From positions 1-64,000 of the forward strand of contig JAYZQJ010000133.1 of NCBI GenBank assembly GCA_036149055.1: a stretch of DNA of 64,000 nucleotides, written 5' to 3'. The position numbers were made by a program, and so were the translations under genes. The notes under the pieces were generated by a model. The model saw only the letters and a program-made list of their open reading frames with translations, did no database searches and had not been told where the DNA came from. Shown here piece by piece: positions 52,804-62,427 of this stretch; the first letter of the stretch is position 1; each line of letters begins with the position of its first letter. The DNA is from Myxococcota bacterium (GTDB lineage Bacteria > Myxococcota_A > Polyangia > Polyangiales > Sandaracinaceae).

Positions 52804-55686
52804 ATGATGGCGGTAGGTGAGCCGAGTGGGGCGCGCGCCCAGCGCGCGGAAGAGCAGGAACCCTCCTACGAGGGCGCGCCGGGGCGAACCCGCCTCCGGT
52901 CCATTCACGTCCCGCTGCCCAGCGGCTTCGTGCGCACCGTCCAGGTGTACGACGTGGTCAATGTCGCCACCGATCCGAACCTGCGCGAGCCGGCGCTCGC
53001 CGGAGCGCTCCACCGCTTCGAGACCGGCGAGGTCCTCGCGGTGCCGTTCGTCTACCACGACCCGGGCGCCCGCAAGCTCGCGCTCGTGGTGCCGGAGGTG
53101 CTGCGGCATCAGGAGCTCGAGCTCCGGGCCAAGCTCCTGCTGGAGCTCGCCGAGCACGCCGATCAGCCGCTGCCGAGCTACGCCCGCGAGGCCACCTGCG
53201 TCATCGGCACCGCCGAGCTGCGCGGCTACCTCGAGCGGCCGAACACCACCGCCGCGCTCGGCGAGATCGTCGAGCTGCAGCGCGAGATCACCACCCGCGA
53301 GGCGCAGCTCGAGACGCGCGCCCAGGACGTGGAGATCCAGAGCGAGGCGCTCACCCAGCGCGAGGCGCGGCTCCACCAGCGGGCCGAGCAGGTCACGCGC
53401 CGCGAGGACGAGCTGCGCGCCTACGGCGAGGAGCTCGAGGCGGCGCAGGCGGACCTGGCGATGCGTGAGCAGGAGCTCGAGAGCCGCTTCGAGTCGCTGC
53501 GGCAGCGAGAGACCGCGCTCGAGGGCCGCGAGGCGGGGAGCCCGGCCGCGCTCCCCGGCGAGAAGACCGGCGTGACCTCGCCGGCCGCCATCGAGGCGGA
53601 CATCGCCGAGGAGGTGGTGCAGCTCGTCGACGACGAGGTCGAGCCGATGGAGGCCATCGAGGAGGTGGTCGAGGACGTCGACGACGTCGAGGAGCTCGAG
53701 CCCCTCGAGACCCACCCCGGCGAGGCGGAGAGCGACCTCGCGGACGAGGTCGAGATGATGGCCGACGCGTCGGTCGAGGCGGCGCCGATCGAGGAGATGC
53801 CGCTCGACGCGATCGAGGACGTCGAGGAGATCGTCGACGACGTCGAGGAGCTCGATGAGGTCGAGGCGATCGAGGAGGTCGAGGCGATCGAGGAGATCAC
53901 CGGCCTCCACGCCCACGAGATCGGCACCGACGAGAACGACCTCCGGCTCACCGAGTCCAAGACGACCATCTCCGACGGGCTGCCCGCCCGGAGCGAGCCG
54001 CCGCCCCCGCCGTCCGAGCCCGCGGTGAGCGCCGCGCCGCCCCCGCCCTCGGTCGCGCCGCCCGCCGGCTTCCTCACGCGCAAGCACGGGCCCGACGCCG
54101 AGGCGATCGACGAGAAGGGCACCGTGCGGATCTTCGCGCGCCTGCCGCAGGGCAAGCAGGAGTGCTTCCAGGACGGCGAGAAGGTCGACCTGCTCGCGCA
54201 GCTGGTGGTGCTCGACGAGTGCCCGGTCGTGCTGCTGAGCCTGGTGGAGGACGACGGCAAGCGGCCGGTGGTGCTGCGCGCGGCCCTCGACCCGCGGCGC
54301 AACGACGAGCGGCGGGTCATCGAGGACCTCCGCCGCACCTTCGGCGCCCGCGTCTCGCTCTTCGACGCGGACGGCGGCTACGTGCGCACCGTCGAGGTGG
54401 CGGCGCCGCGCGAGGTGAACGCGGCGCGCATCCTCGAGCGCGTCTCGAAGATGCGGACCGCCTCGGCGCTGGATCCGCAGACCGCGATCGAGCGGGTGCT
54501 CAGCGCCCCGCCGCCGGTGAAGGCGAAGGACCATCCGTTCCGGCCGGCGGAGGAGATCGAGGCGCCGAAGCACGCCGCGGCCGCCCGCGAGGCGCTCGCC
54601 AAGCTCGCCACCTGGAGCACCCACGACCAGATGGATCACGCGCTGCTCGTGCTCTCGATCCCGAAGGACGTGGTCGACGGCACCCTGCGCAAGGTCATCG
54701 AGCACGCGGTGGGCTACGGCCTGCCGCTCCCCGGCCGGCTGACCGAGCGGGCCATCTCGCTCGGGGTCGCCGCCGACGGCGCCGCGCTGATCACCAAGCA
54801 GATCACGGCGTTCGCCGAGACCAGCGGCTCGCTCGCCCAGGGGCAGCTGACCCCGGAGCAGGTGGCCGAGGCGTGGGAGCAGCTGCTCGAGCGGGCGGCC
54901 GAGAACGAGGTCGCGATCGACACCGAGACCCACGAGCTGGCGTGGCGCGCGATCCGCAAGGTCCGCGGCGACGACGGCTCGGTGGACGTCGACCCGGCGA
55001 AGCTGCCCGAGATGGGCGCGCCCGAGCTGCTGATGCTGCTCGAGCACCCGAAGTACCGCCGCGACGCGGCGATCGAGCTCGCCTCTCGCAAGGACGCCGC
55101 GCACGCCGAGACGCTCTGCAAGGCGGTGCGCAAGATGCCCCGCGCCGAGGTGGTGCGGGTGGTCCCGAAGATCGTCGAGATCGGCGACGGGGCCGGCGAC
55201 GCGCTCATCGACGGGCTCAACGCGCGCAAGACCTTCGTGCGCCAGGCCTTCGCCCTCTCGCTGGCCCACCTGAAGCTGCGCCGCGCGGTGGTGCCGCTCG
55301 TGCACCTGCTGGCCTCCGAGGAGAGCGACGTCTGGAAGGAGGTCGCCCGGGTGGTCGGCGCCTTCGGCACCGCGAGCCTCCGGAACGTGCAGCGGCAGCT
55401 CAAGGACCCGAAGGGCAAGCAGGAGCGCTACATCCTCACCCTCGCCCACCTCGCCAACCACGGCTGCGAGAAGCAGGTGCAGAAGCTCGCCTCGGACGAC
55501 CGCCCGAAGGTCGCGATGATGGCCAACGAGGCCCTGACGTTGCGGGAGAAAGCCAAGAAGACCGAGGCCGAGGTGCTCGGGCAGGCCGATCCGAGCGGCA
55601 AGGACGCGGTGATCGCGTTCTCCCGCCGCTTCTACGAGGTCCTCGAGGGCAAGGCGCCGGAGGCGGACCTCGAGGAGACGGATTGA
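52804..55686 (+). CDS. Large multidomain protein: CpXC-like N-terminus, coiled coil, acidic linker, HEAT-like C-terminus
   Basis: VNVATDPNL..PFVYHD; heptad E/R/Q region; E/D-rich repeats; helical repeats. Confidence 0.8.
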   Translation: MMAVGEPSGARAQRAEEQEPSYEGAPGRTRLRSIHVPLPSGFVRTVQVYDVVNVATDPNLREPALAGALHRFETGEVLAVPFVYHDPGARKLALVVPEVLRHQELELRAKLLLELAEHADQPLPSYAREATCVIGTAELRGYLERPNTTAALGEIVELQREITTREAQLETRAQDVEIQSEALTQREARLHQRAEQVTRREDELRAYGEELEAAQADLAMREQELESRFESLRQRETALEGREAGSPAALPGEKTGVTSPAAIEADIAEEVVQLVDDEVEPMEAIEEVVEDVDDVEELEPLETHPGEAESDLADEVEMMADASVEAAPIEEMPLDAIEDVEEIVDDVEELDEVEAIEEVEAIEEITGLHAHEIGTDENDLRLTESKTTISDGLPARSEPPPPPSEPAVSAAPPPPSVAPPAGFLTRKHGPDAEAIDEKGTVRIFARLPQGKQECFQDGEKVDLLAQLVVLDECPVVLLSLVEDDGKRPVVLRAALDPRRNDERRVIEDLRRTFGARVSLFDADGGYVRTVEVAAPREVNAARILERVSKMRTASALDPQTAIERVLSAPPPVKAKDHPFRPAEEIEAPKHAAAAREALAKLATWSTHDQMDHALLVLSIPKDVVDGTLRKVIEHAVGYGLPLPGRLTERAISLGVAADGAALITKQITAFAETSGSLAQGQLTPEQVAEAWEQLLERAAENEVAIDTETHELAWRAIRKVRGDDGSVDVDPAKLPEMGAPELLMLLEHPKYRRDAAIELASRKDAAHAETLCKAVRKMPRAEVVRVVPKIVEIGDGAGDALIDGLNARKTFVRQAFALSLAHLKLRRAVVPLVHLLASEESDVWKEVARVVGAFGTASLRNVQRQLKDPKGKQERYILTLAHLANHGCEKQVQKLASDDRPKVAMMANEALTLREKAKKTEAEVLGQADPSGKDAVIAFSRRFYEVLEGKAPEADLEETD

Positions 55687-55774
55687 GTCAGCTCACTCGG
55701 TTCGGCGATTTTTCTGACGCTTCGTCACGTTCGCCGCACACTGATCTGGGGTAAGCTGGCGGAAACGATAGTGA

Positions 55775-55803
55775 TGGACAGTGGCGCGGTGAGGCTCTAT
55801 ACC
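55775..55803 (+). promoter_or_regulatory. Putative sigma70 promoter
   Basis: TGGACA-17 bp-TATACC in a lower-GC intergenic region. Confidence 0.4.
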
Positions 55804-55838
55804 CCTCCACTGGGTTCGGGGCGAGGCGCGCCCTCTGA

Positions 55839-56600
55839 ATGGCCATGCGGCTAGGCATCTTCAGCGACGTACACGCGAACATCGAGGCGCTCTCGGCGGT
55901 CATGGAGGCATACCGCTCCGAGAGCATCGACGAGTTCTATTGTCTCGGTGACGTCGTCGGCTACGGCGCCAGCCCCAACGAGTGCGCGGACATCATCCGC
56001 AACCAGGCCAAGGTCACCATCCTCGGCAACCACGACGCCGCCGTCGCGGGCCGGATGGACTACTCGTACTACTACGAGGCCGCCCGCCACGCGCTCGACC
56101 TGCACGCGCGCCGGCTGAAGCCCGAGAACATGAAGTGGCTCGAGACGCTGCCCTACCGGCACGACCTCGAGGACCACGGCGTCACCCTCTGCCACGGCTC
56201 GCCGGTCCGGCTCGAGGAGTTCGAGTACATCTTCGCGCCCGAGCAGGCGCGGGAGTGCCTCCCGATCCTCGACGACCTCGGCGACATCACGTTCATCGGC
56301 CACTCGCACCTCTGCAAGGTGTTCGCGCTGCGCGCCCCGGGCGCCGGCGGACCGGGCGAGGTCGAGGAGCTGCCGGCCCGCAAGTTCCAGCTCAAGGATG
56401 GCTACAAGTACATCGTGAGCGTGGGCTCGGTGGGTCAGCCCCGCGACTACGACAACCGCGCGAGCTACACGATCTTCGACACGGAGACGCGTGAGTTCGA
56501 GTTCAAGCGGGTCGAGTACGACATCGAAGCCGCCGCGATGAAGATCTTCGAGGGCGAGCTCGAGCGAAACTTCGGTCACCGCCTGTTCATCGGCGTGTGA
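55839..56600 (+). CDS. Calcineurin-like metallophosphoesterase
   Basis: SDVHAN, LGDVVGYG, GNHD, HGSP, GHSH and GSVGQPRD. Confidence 0.92.
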   Translation: MAMRLGIFSDVHANIEALSAVMEAYRSESIDEFYCLGDVVGYGASPNECADIIRNQAKVTILGNHDAAVAGRMDYSYYYEAARHALDLHARRLKPENMKWLETLPYRHDLEDHGVTLCHGSPVRLEEFEYIFAPEQARECLPILDDLGDITFIGHSHLCKVFALRAPGAGGPGEVEELPARKFQLKDGYKYIVSVGSVGQPRDYDNRASYTIFDTETREFEFKRVEYDIEAAAMKIFEGELERNFGHRLFIGV

Positions 56601-56606
56601 GCGGCG

Positions 56607-57842
56607 CTACTCGAGCGCCGTCAGCCTGAACAGCCCCTCCCACGGAGGCCTCCCGTCCGCGAGCGACAGGAGCGACGGGCGCTGCATCCGCCCCGCCGGC
56701 GCGACCCGCGGCGCCACCCCGGGCGGCAGCGAAGCTGCGACCGAGCGGCGCAGGGCCGCGTCCCCGGCGACGCCGAGCGTCTTCAGGTGCACGCCCAGCG
56801 AGCCCAGCGCGGCGCCGACTTGGCGCGCGTCCTCGAGGTCGAGGACCATCACGTTGCGCCAGCCCGGGCTGATCCGGAGCGCCGCGCGCCCCTCGTAGCT
56901 CACCGCCCAGCCGTCACCCTCGTGGAGCTCGCCCCGCGCCGCCGCGACCCCGCGCCACTGGATCTGGGCGGCGCCGACGTCGGCCGGCAGCGCGCCTCGC
57001 GGCAGATCCTCGGCCAGGCGCCCGAGCTGGGTCGCGAGCATCGACGCCCAGCGCCTCGCGTCGATCGCGCCTCCGCGCTCCACCCAGATCACGTGGGGCG
57101 ACATGCAGCCGCGCTGGTCGTAGGCCGCGACGTCGAGCGCGAAGGCGGTGGCGGCGGCGGCGGCCTCCGCCTCGTCGCCGAGCGCGCCGCGCGGCACCAG
57201 CCCCACGCCCAGCCCGTGGCCGTGCGGCACCAGGGTCGCGGTCGGAGAGAGGCGCTGCCGCACCGCGGTGAGGGTGGCGTCGCTGCCGTAGACCGAGACC
57301 ACGTCGGCGCGCGACATGAGCGCGCTCTCCAGGCTCGGGGTGCCGCCCGGGAAGGTGACGACCTCGCAGGCCTCGGCGAGCTCGAGGTCGATCTCGGCGA
57401 GCGCGGCCACGAAGAGCTGCGGCAAGACGTCGTCCTTGCTGGAGGCCTTCACGATCAGCGGCGAGCCGGCGAGCAGGGCCATCGAGCACGGCTGCACGCA
57501 GGCGGTGAAGACGTTGCCGGCGAGGATGAGCGCCGAGAGCCTGGCCGGGGAGAGCGCGGCGCCTTCGGCGGGCGTCATGCGGCGCGCGGCCTCGAGGTGC
57601 GCCGCCTCGTCCGCCTGCTCGAAGGTGGCGCGCAGCGCCCAGGCGATCATCGGCAGGCTGAGCCCGGTGGTCTCGGGGAGGCGCTCACGCGCGGCGCGAC
57701 CGGGCGCGCGCTCCGGATCGGCGATCAGGCCCCACGCCGCCGCCACGAGCGACGCGACCTCCTCGCGGGGCCGGGCCCGGAGCTGCGCCCCCGCGGAGAT
57801 CGCGGCCTCGACCCGGTCGCGGAGCTCCGCCTCACCGATCAC
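56607..57842 (-). CDS. LuxC-like acyl-CoA/acyl-protein reductase
   Basis: LAGNV, VKASS, VSVYGSD.T and DVAAYDQRGCMSP (catalytic Cys motif). Confidence 0.8.
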   Translation of the reverse strand: MIGEAELRDRVEAAISAGAQLRARPREEVASLVAAAWGLIADPERAPGRAARERLPETTGLSLPMIAWALRATFEQADEAAHLEAARRMTPAEGAALSPARLSALILAGNVFTACVQPCSMALLAGSPLIVKASSKDDVLPQLFVAALAEIDLELAEACEVVTFPGGTPSLESALMSRADVVSVYGSDATLTAVRQRLSPTATLVPHGHGLGVGLVPRGALGDEAEAAAAATAFALDVAAYDQRGCMSPHVIWVERGGAIDARRWASMLATQLGRLAEDLPRGALPADVGAAQIQWRGVAAARGELHEGDGWAVSYEGRAALRISPGWRNVMVLDLEDARQVGAALGSLGVHLKTLGVAGDAALRRSVAASLPPGVAPRVAPAGRMQRPSLLSLADGRPPWEGLFRLTALE

Positions 57843-58884
57843 CGAGGGCCTCCTCGATCGCGAGCGAGCAGCCGCGCGGGGTGGCGCCGCTGGCCCGACC
57901 GTGCAGCTCGAGCGTGTCGCCGCGCGCGCCATCGCGGCGGACGGTGGCGAGGTCGCTGGTCTGGATCCCGACCGCGGTGTCCAGGTTGGCGAGGTCGTCG
58001 ATGCGGAGCAGCCCCGGCTCTCCGTCGGGGCGCGGGGCGAGCGTCTCGGGATCGACGGCCACGCAGCGCACCCAGCCCGGGACGCCGTAGCGCCGCGGCG
58101 CCTCGGGCGCGCGCAGGGTGGTCTCGTACATCTGCGAGCTCAGCTCGGTCATGCCGTACTCGCCGACCACCCGGGCCTCGGGCACGCCGTAGCGCGCCGA
58201 GATCGCGGCCCGCAGCGCGTCGGGCGCGACCTCCCGCGAGCGGCCCTTGAAGCCGCCGGTCTGCATCACGAGGCTGCCCGCCGGCAGCGAGAAGGCGCGC
58301 TTCAGCGCGTCCTCGGCGAACACGAAGGCGAACGAGGTCCCCAGCACCGCGGTGGGCGCGTCGGTCTCGAGCGCCGCCTCGAGGGCGACGCAGTCGAGCC
58401 GGCCCTCCGAGAAGACCCAGCGGGCCTCGGTCCCGAACCAGTCGACGAAGCGCCCGAGCATGTAGCTGAGGGAGGAGTCCGGCGCCTCCTCGGGGTGCGG
58501 CGCGAGGAAGACCAGACGCATCGGCCCGGCGGAGAAGAGCGCGCGCGTGGCCTCCGCCTTCGCGGCCCGGTCGTAGAGGTCGAGCTCGCGCACGCACGAG
58601 GCGCCCCGCGCCCCGCTGGTCGTGCCCGAGGTGCGGAAGACGCGCGCGTCCTCCTCGGGCGGGTGCGCGGCGACCCGCACGTAGCGGAAGACGTCGGTCG
58701 GGACGGCGGGGAAGCCGAGCGGGTCCTCGCGGCGCTCGGCGAGCTTGGCGAGCGGCTTCACCCGCGTCCGCTGCCAGGCCGCCGCCTCGCTCAGGAGCGC
58801 GTCGCGGGCCGCGTCGTCCCGCGCGCCGTCGGCCAGGCGATCGATCAGGGCCGCGATCTTCGCGGCGAGCGCGGCGCGGCTCAC
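57832..58884 (-). CDS. LuxE-like acyl-protein synthetase
   Basis: FRTSGTT, SSLSYM, MQTGGFKGR, EYGMTELSSQMY, DLANL..IQTSDL and GR....PRGCS. Confidence 0.82.
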   Translation of the reverse strand: MSRAALAAKIAALIDRLADGARDDAARDALLSEAAAWQRTRVKPLAKLAERREDPLGFPAVPTDVFRYVRVAAHPPEEDARVFRTSGTTSGARGASCVRELDLYDRAAKAEATRALFSAGPMRLVFLAPHPEEAPDSSLSYMLGRFVDWFGTEARWVFSEGRLDCVALEAALETDAPTAVLGTSFAFVFAEDALKRAFSLPAGSLVMQTGGFKGRSREVAPDALRAAISARYGVPEARVVGEYGMTELSSQMYETTLRAPEAPRRYGVPGWVRCVAVDPETLAPRPDGEPGLLRIDDLANLDTAVGIQTSDLATVRRDGARGDTLELHGRASGATPRGCSLAIEEALGDR

Positions 58885-60173
58885 GACGACAGCCTCCGGG
58901 CGAGGGTCCGGGTGAAGGCGTCGAGCAGCGCCTCGTCGACGTTCAGGGGCGGGGTGAGCTGGAGGACCTCGGCGCGCGGGCCGGCGGGCAGGGTGATCCA
59001 GCCCTCGGCGAGCAGCTCGGCGACGAGCCGGAGCACCCGGGCGCCGTCGTGCAGCTCCACCCCGACCATCAGCCCGCGCCCGCGCACCTCCTTCACCGCG
59101 TCGAGGCCGCCGAGCGCCTCCCGCAGCGCGCCGGTCCAGCGCGCGCCGACCTCGGCCGCCCGGGCGGCGAGGCCGTCCCGCTCCAGGATCTCGAGGCTGG
59201 CGAGCGACGCGGCGCAGGCGAGCGGGTGGCCGCTGAAGGTGGCGGTGTGGATGGCGGCGCCGCGGGGATCGCCCCACGCGCGCATCACCTCGATGCCGCC
59301 GATGCACGCGCTGACCGGCAGGGTCCCGCCCATCGCCTTGCCCGCGCAGAGCAGATCGGGGACGACGCCGTCGGCCTCGTGCGCCCAGCGCCGCCCGGTG
59401 CGCCCGAGCCCGGTGAAGATCTCGTCGAAGACGAGCAGCGCGTCCCGCCGATCGCAGGCCTCGCGCAGCGCGCGGAGGAAGCCCTCGGGCGGGAAGCGCA
59501 GCCCGCCGCGGCCGAGGGCGGGCTCGACCACCACCGCGCCGACGTCGTCGGTGAAGTGGCGCTCCACGTCGAGCGCGCCCCACGGGGCGAAGCGGACGTG
59601 GGGGTTGAGCTGGGCCGCGAAGGGCTCGCGGAAGGGCGGCGCGAAGCCGCAGAGCGCGAGCGGGCCGTACATGAGCCCGTGGTAGCCGCCCTCGAACGCC
59701 AGCACGCCGGGCTTGCCGGTGTGGAGCACGGCGGTCTTCATCGCGGCGGCGAGGGCGTCGGCGCCGTTCTGACCGAGGATCACGCGCGCGTCGTCCATCG
59801 GGGCGAGCGCGGCGAGCCGCTCGAGCAGGCGGATCTTCGGCTCCGACGGGTGCACGTCGCCGAGCGCGTGGAGGAGCTTGCCCGCCTGCGCCCGCACCGC
59901 CTCGACCACCTCCGGGTGGCCGTGACCGACGGCGGCGACGCTGAAGCCGGCGATGAGATCCACGAAGACGTTCCCGTCGACGTCGACCACGTTCGCGCCC
60001 TTCGCCTCCGCCCAGACGATCGGATCGTTCGGCGCGCCCGCCCGCTCGGCCCGCCGCGCGCGGCGCTCGGTCAACGAGGGGCACTCCGTGCGCGCGAGGA
60101 CCTCCACCCAGCGGGCGGAGTCGGCGCCGGGGATCGGGCCCCGGATCTCCGGGAGGCGCTGGCCGAGCTCCAT
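58881..60173 (-). CDS. Class III PLP-dependent aminotransferase
   Basis: DVDGNVFVD, GHGHP, FEGGYHG, VVEP, FDEIFTGLGRTG, AGKAMGG and TFSGHP. Confidence 0.92.
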   Translation of the reverse strand: MELGQRLPEIRGPIPGADSARWVEVLARTECPSLTERRARRAERAGAPNDPIVWAEAKGANVVDVDGNVFVDLIAGFSVAAVGHGHPEVVEAVRAQAGKLLHALGDVHPSEPKIRLLERLAALAPMDDARVILGQNGADALAAAMKTAVLHTGKPGVLAFEGGYHGLMYGPLALCGFAPPFREPFAAQLNPHVRFAPWGALDVERHFTDDVGAVVVEPALGRGGLRFPPEGFLRALREACDRRDALLVFDEIFTGLGRTGRRWAHEADGVVPDLLCAGKAMGGTLPVSACIGGIEVMRAWGDPRGAAIHTATFSGHPLACAASLASLEILERDGLAARAAEVGARWTGALREALGGLDAVKEVRGRGLMVGVELHDGARVLRLVAELLAEGWITLPAGPRAEVLQLTPPLNVDEALLDAFTRTLARRLSS

Positions 60174-60179
60174 GAGGCT

Positions 60180-60872
60180 CTACGTAGCAGCGTCGCGCCG
60201 TCCGAGCCCGAAGGCGGCCCCCTCCGGGTCCTCGCAGGCCGCGACGCGCAGCCCGTCGAGCGCGGTCGTGGGCGCGCCGATCACCCGCCCGCCCTCCGCC
60301 TCGACGCGCGCGAGGGCGGCGTCGAGGTCGTCCACCGGGGCGTGGAACAGCCAGTGCGGATGCACCCCGGGGAGTCGGCCGACTGTCTCGAGCACGGCCG
60401 TCTCGAGCACGGCCCCGGCGGAGCGCAGCGGCCAGACCGGACCCACGCCCGGCAGCGCCACCGGGTCTCCCACGTCGGCGGGCGTCAGGGCTCCGTAGAA
60501 CGCGGTCGCGCGGCGCGCGTCGTCGGTGTGCAGCGCGGCCCAGTCGAAGGGCCCGCGCGCGACCGGCGCCGCGTCGAGCCCGAACACCGCGCCGCCCGGA
60601 TCTCGGCAGACGGCCCGCGCCTCCGACACCGGCCCGAGGGTCAGGCCGCCGGCCGCCCGCACGCGCTCGACCGCCGCGGTCACGTCGGCCACCGCCAGCC
60701 GCCCCAGCCAGTGCGACGGCGCCCCCCGGGCCCGCGCCGGCCCCGGCAGCGGCTCGACCGCGATCTCGCCACCGAGCCGCTCCCCTTCGAACACCCTGCG
60801 ATAGAACCCGGCGGCGGCCGCCGGATCGATCGCCCGAAGCACGTGACCCGCGAAGCGCATGCCCGGAGCCAT
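60180..60872 (-). CDS. VOC/glyoxalase family protein
   Basis: Two VOC repeats: AAGFY..HW..VADV..GG..DPGGAVFGL and VDDLD..DPEGAAFGL. Confidence 0.8.
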   Translation of the reverse strand: MAPGMRFAGHVLRAIDPAAAAGFYRRVFEGERLGGEIAVEPLPGPARARGAPSHWLGRLAVADVTAAVERVRAAGGLTLGPVSEARAVCRDPGGAVFGLDAAPVARGPFDWAALHTDDARRATAFYGALTPADVGDPVALPGVGPVWPLRSAGAVLETAVLETVGRLPGVHPHWLFHAPVDDLDAALARVEAEGGRVIGAPTTALDGLRVAACEDPEGAAFGLGRRDAAT

Positions 60873-60991
60873 AGCCTCCCGACCGCGGCGCTCGCCACCC
60901 CCACCTCGGCGCCTCCTCGCTTCCGACCTTCCTCCCTTCCGGGGAGTCGGAGGCTTCCGAACCGCGAGCGACCGACGAAGGCGGGGGGCGC

Positions 60992-61915
60992 TCACCCCCC
61001 GAGGAACGGGTTCCCTGCGGCGTCGCGCGCCGGAGGCTCCTCGACCGCGACCTGGAGGGAGTCGATCCAGAGGACCTGGTCGCGGGGCGCGCCCTCGTTG
61101 CCGAACCAGGTGAAGATGTTGAGGCCTCGGGCGACGTCGGTCGCCTCCACGAGCGTGCGCTGACCGGTGGCCTCGCCGACGAGGGCGCCGTTCTTCCAGA
61201 CGCGGACGCGGCCCATGCCGCCCTCGTCCACCGGGAGCTCGTCGAGGTAGTAGTAGACCTCGTAGGTCTCCCAGGTGTCGCGCTGGACCTGTGTCTCGGG
61301 GGTGCCCCAGCGGCTCCAGCGGTGCGTGCCCTCGTAGATCCAGTGATGCGGCCGGGAGTCGTCGCGGCTGGCGAGGTACCAGTCGAGGTAGCCCCGCGAC
61401 TCCCCTCCGTCGGCGGCGAAGGTGCGCAGCCGGAGGAACTTCGAGCGGCCCTCGTTGAACTGCCAGTCCGAGGGCACGTAGAGCGCGATCCGGATCCAGA
61501 TCTCGTCGCCCTTCACGAGCTGACCGAGGCGGCGGTTCAGGATGCCGCCGAACGCGCCGAAGCCCTGGCGCCCCTCGGGGACCCCGAGCCGGCACGCGGT
61601 CGCGCCCTCGAAGACGTGGGTGTCGTCGCGCACGCTGAGCGAGAACGACTCGTCGAAGCCGTCCTCACCCCAGCAGCCCTCGCCGACCTCGCGGTCCTCG
61701 AAGTCGGCGTCGATCAGGAGCGTCGGCTCCGGGAGGACGCCCGCGTCCGGCTCGAAGCCGGCGTCGTCGGTCGCGCCCGCGTCGTCGCTGGCCCCGGCGT
61801 CGGAGGGCACGTCGACGAGGCCGGCGTCGTCGGGCGCGGCGGCGTCTCCCGCGCCGGGGGCGGTGCCGCAGCCGAGCGCGAGCACGATCCAGAGGGTCCG
61901 AGGCATGATGCGCAT
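60992..61915 (-). CDS. Lipoprotein with polysaccharide-lyase-like beta-jelly-roll domain
   Basis: ALGC lipobox; DDAG linker; EIWIRIALYVP, W..YEVY, GRVRVWKNG and WID. Confidence 0.55.
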   Translation of the reverse strand: MRIMPRTLWIVLALGCGTAPGAGDAAAPDDAGLVDVPSDAGASDDAGATDDAGFEPDAGVLPEPTLLIDADFEDREVGEGCWGEDGFDESFSLSVRDDTHVFEGATACRLGVPEGRQGFGAFGGILNRRLGQLVKGDEIWIRIALYVPSDWQFNEGRSKFLRLRTFAADGGESRGYLDWYLASRDDSRPHHWIYEGTHRWSRWGTPETQVQRDTWETYEVYYYLDELPVDEGGMGRVRVWKNGALVGEATGQRTLVEATDVARGLNIFTWFGNEGAPRDQVLWIDSLQVAVEEPPARDAAGNPFLGG

Positions 61916-61992
61916 GCCGTCCACCCTGCCGGCCCGGCGGGCGCGCCTCCACTAACCTTCCCTGATCTCCCGTCCGCCCCCAGCCTTCGATC

Positions 61993-62427
61993 GTGCTCTG
62001 CCACCACCGCCTGCCCGACCTCCGCCTCACCTGCCTCCTCGTCGGCGCGGTCTACGTGCTCATCGCCGGCGCGATCCTCGTGCGGGGCGCCGACGCGATG
62101 GGCGACTACGCGGTGCCGGCGGAGGTGATCGCCAGCGCGCACTACGCCGACGCGATCACCTGGGTCTACGTGCACATGCTCGTGCTCGGCCTGCTGATCG
62201 CGACCCTCGGGACCCTGGCGGTCACCCCCACGGCCAAGCGCTGGGTCCCGCGCGGCTTGCTCGCCGTCCACCTCGTGTACCTTCTCCTCGACGTGCGCAC
62301 GTCCGACAGCGCCCTGGGGAACGCGCTCTACCGGGGACCCGCCTCGCTCGCCCCGGCCATCGTCGGCGGCATCGTGGCGCTGCTGTTCGTGCACCTGAGC
62401 GTCTGTCGTGGAGAGGCCCGTGGGTGA
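61993..62427 (+). CDS. Hypothetical membrane protein
   Basis: Four hydrophobic segments. Confidence 0.65.
   Translation: MLCHHRLPDLRLTCLLVGAVYVLIAGAILVRGADAMGDYAVPAEVIASAHYADAITWVYVHMLVLGLLIATLGTLAVTPTAKRWVPRGLLAVHLVYLLLDVRTSDSALGNALYRGPASLAPAIVGGIVALLFVHLSVCRGEARG

Noticed and set aside
56607..58884. Bioluminescence (lux) operon
   Set aside because: No luxA, luxB, luxD or luxG is adjacent.
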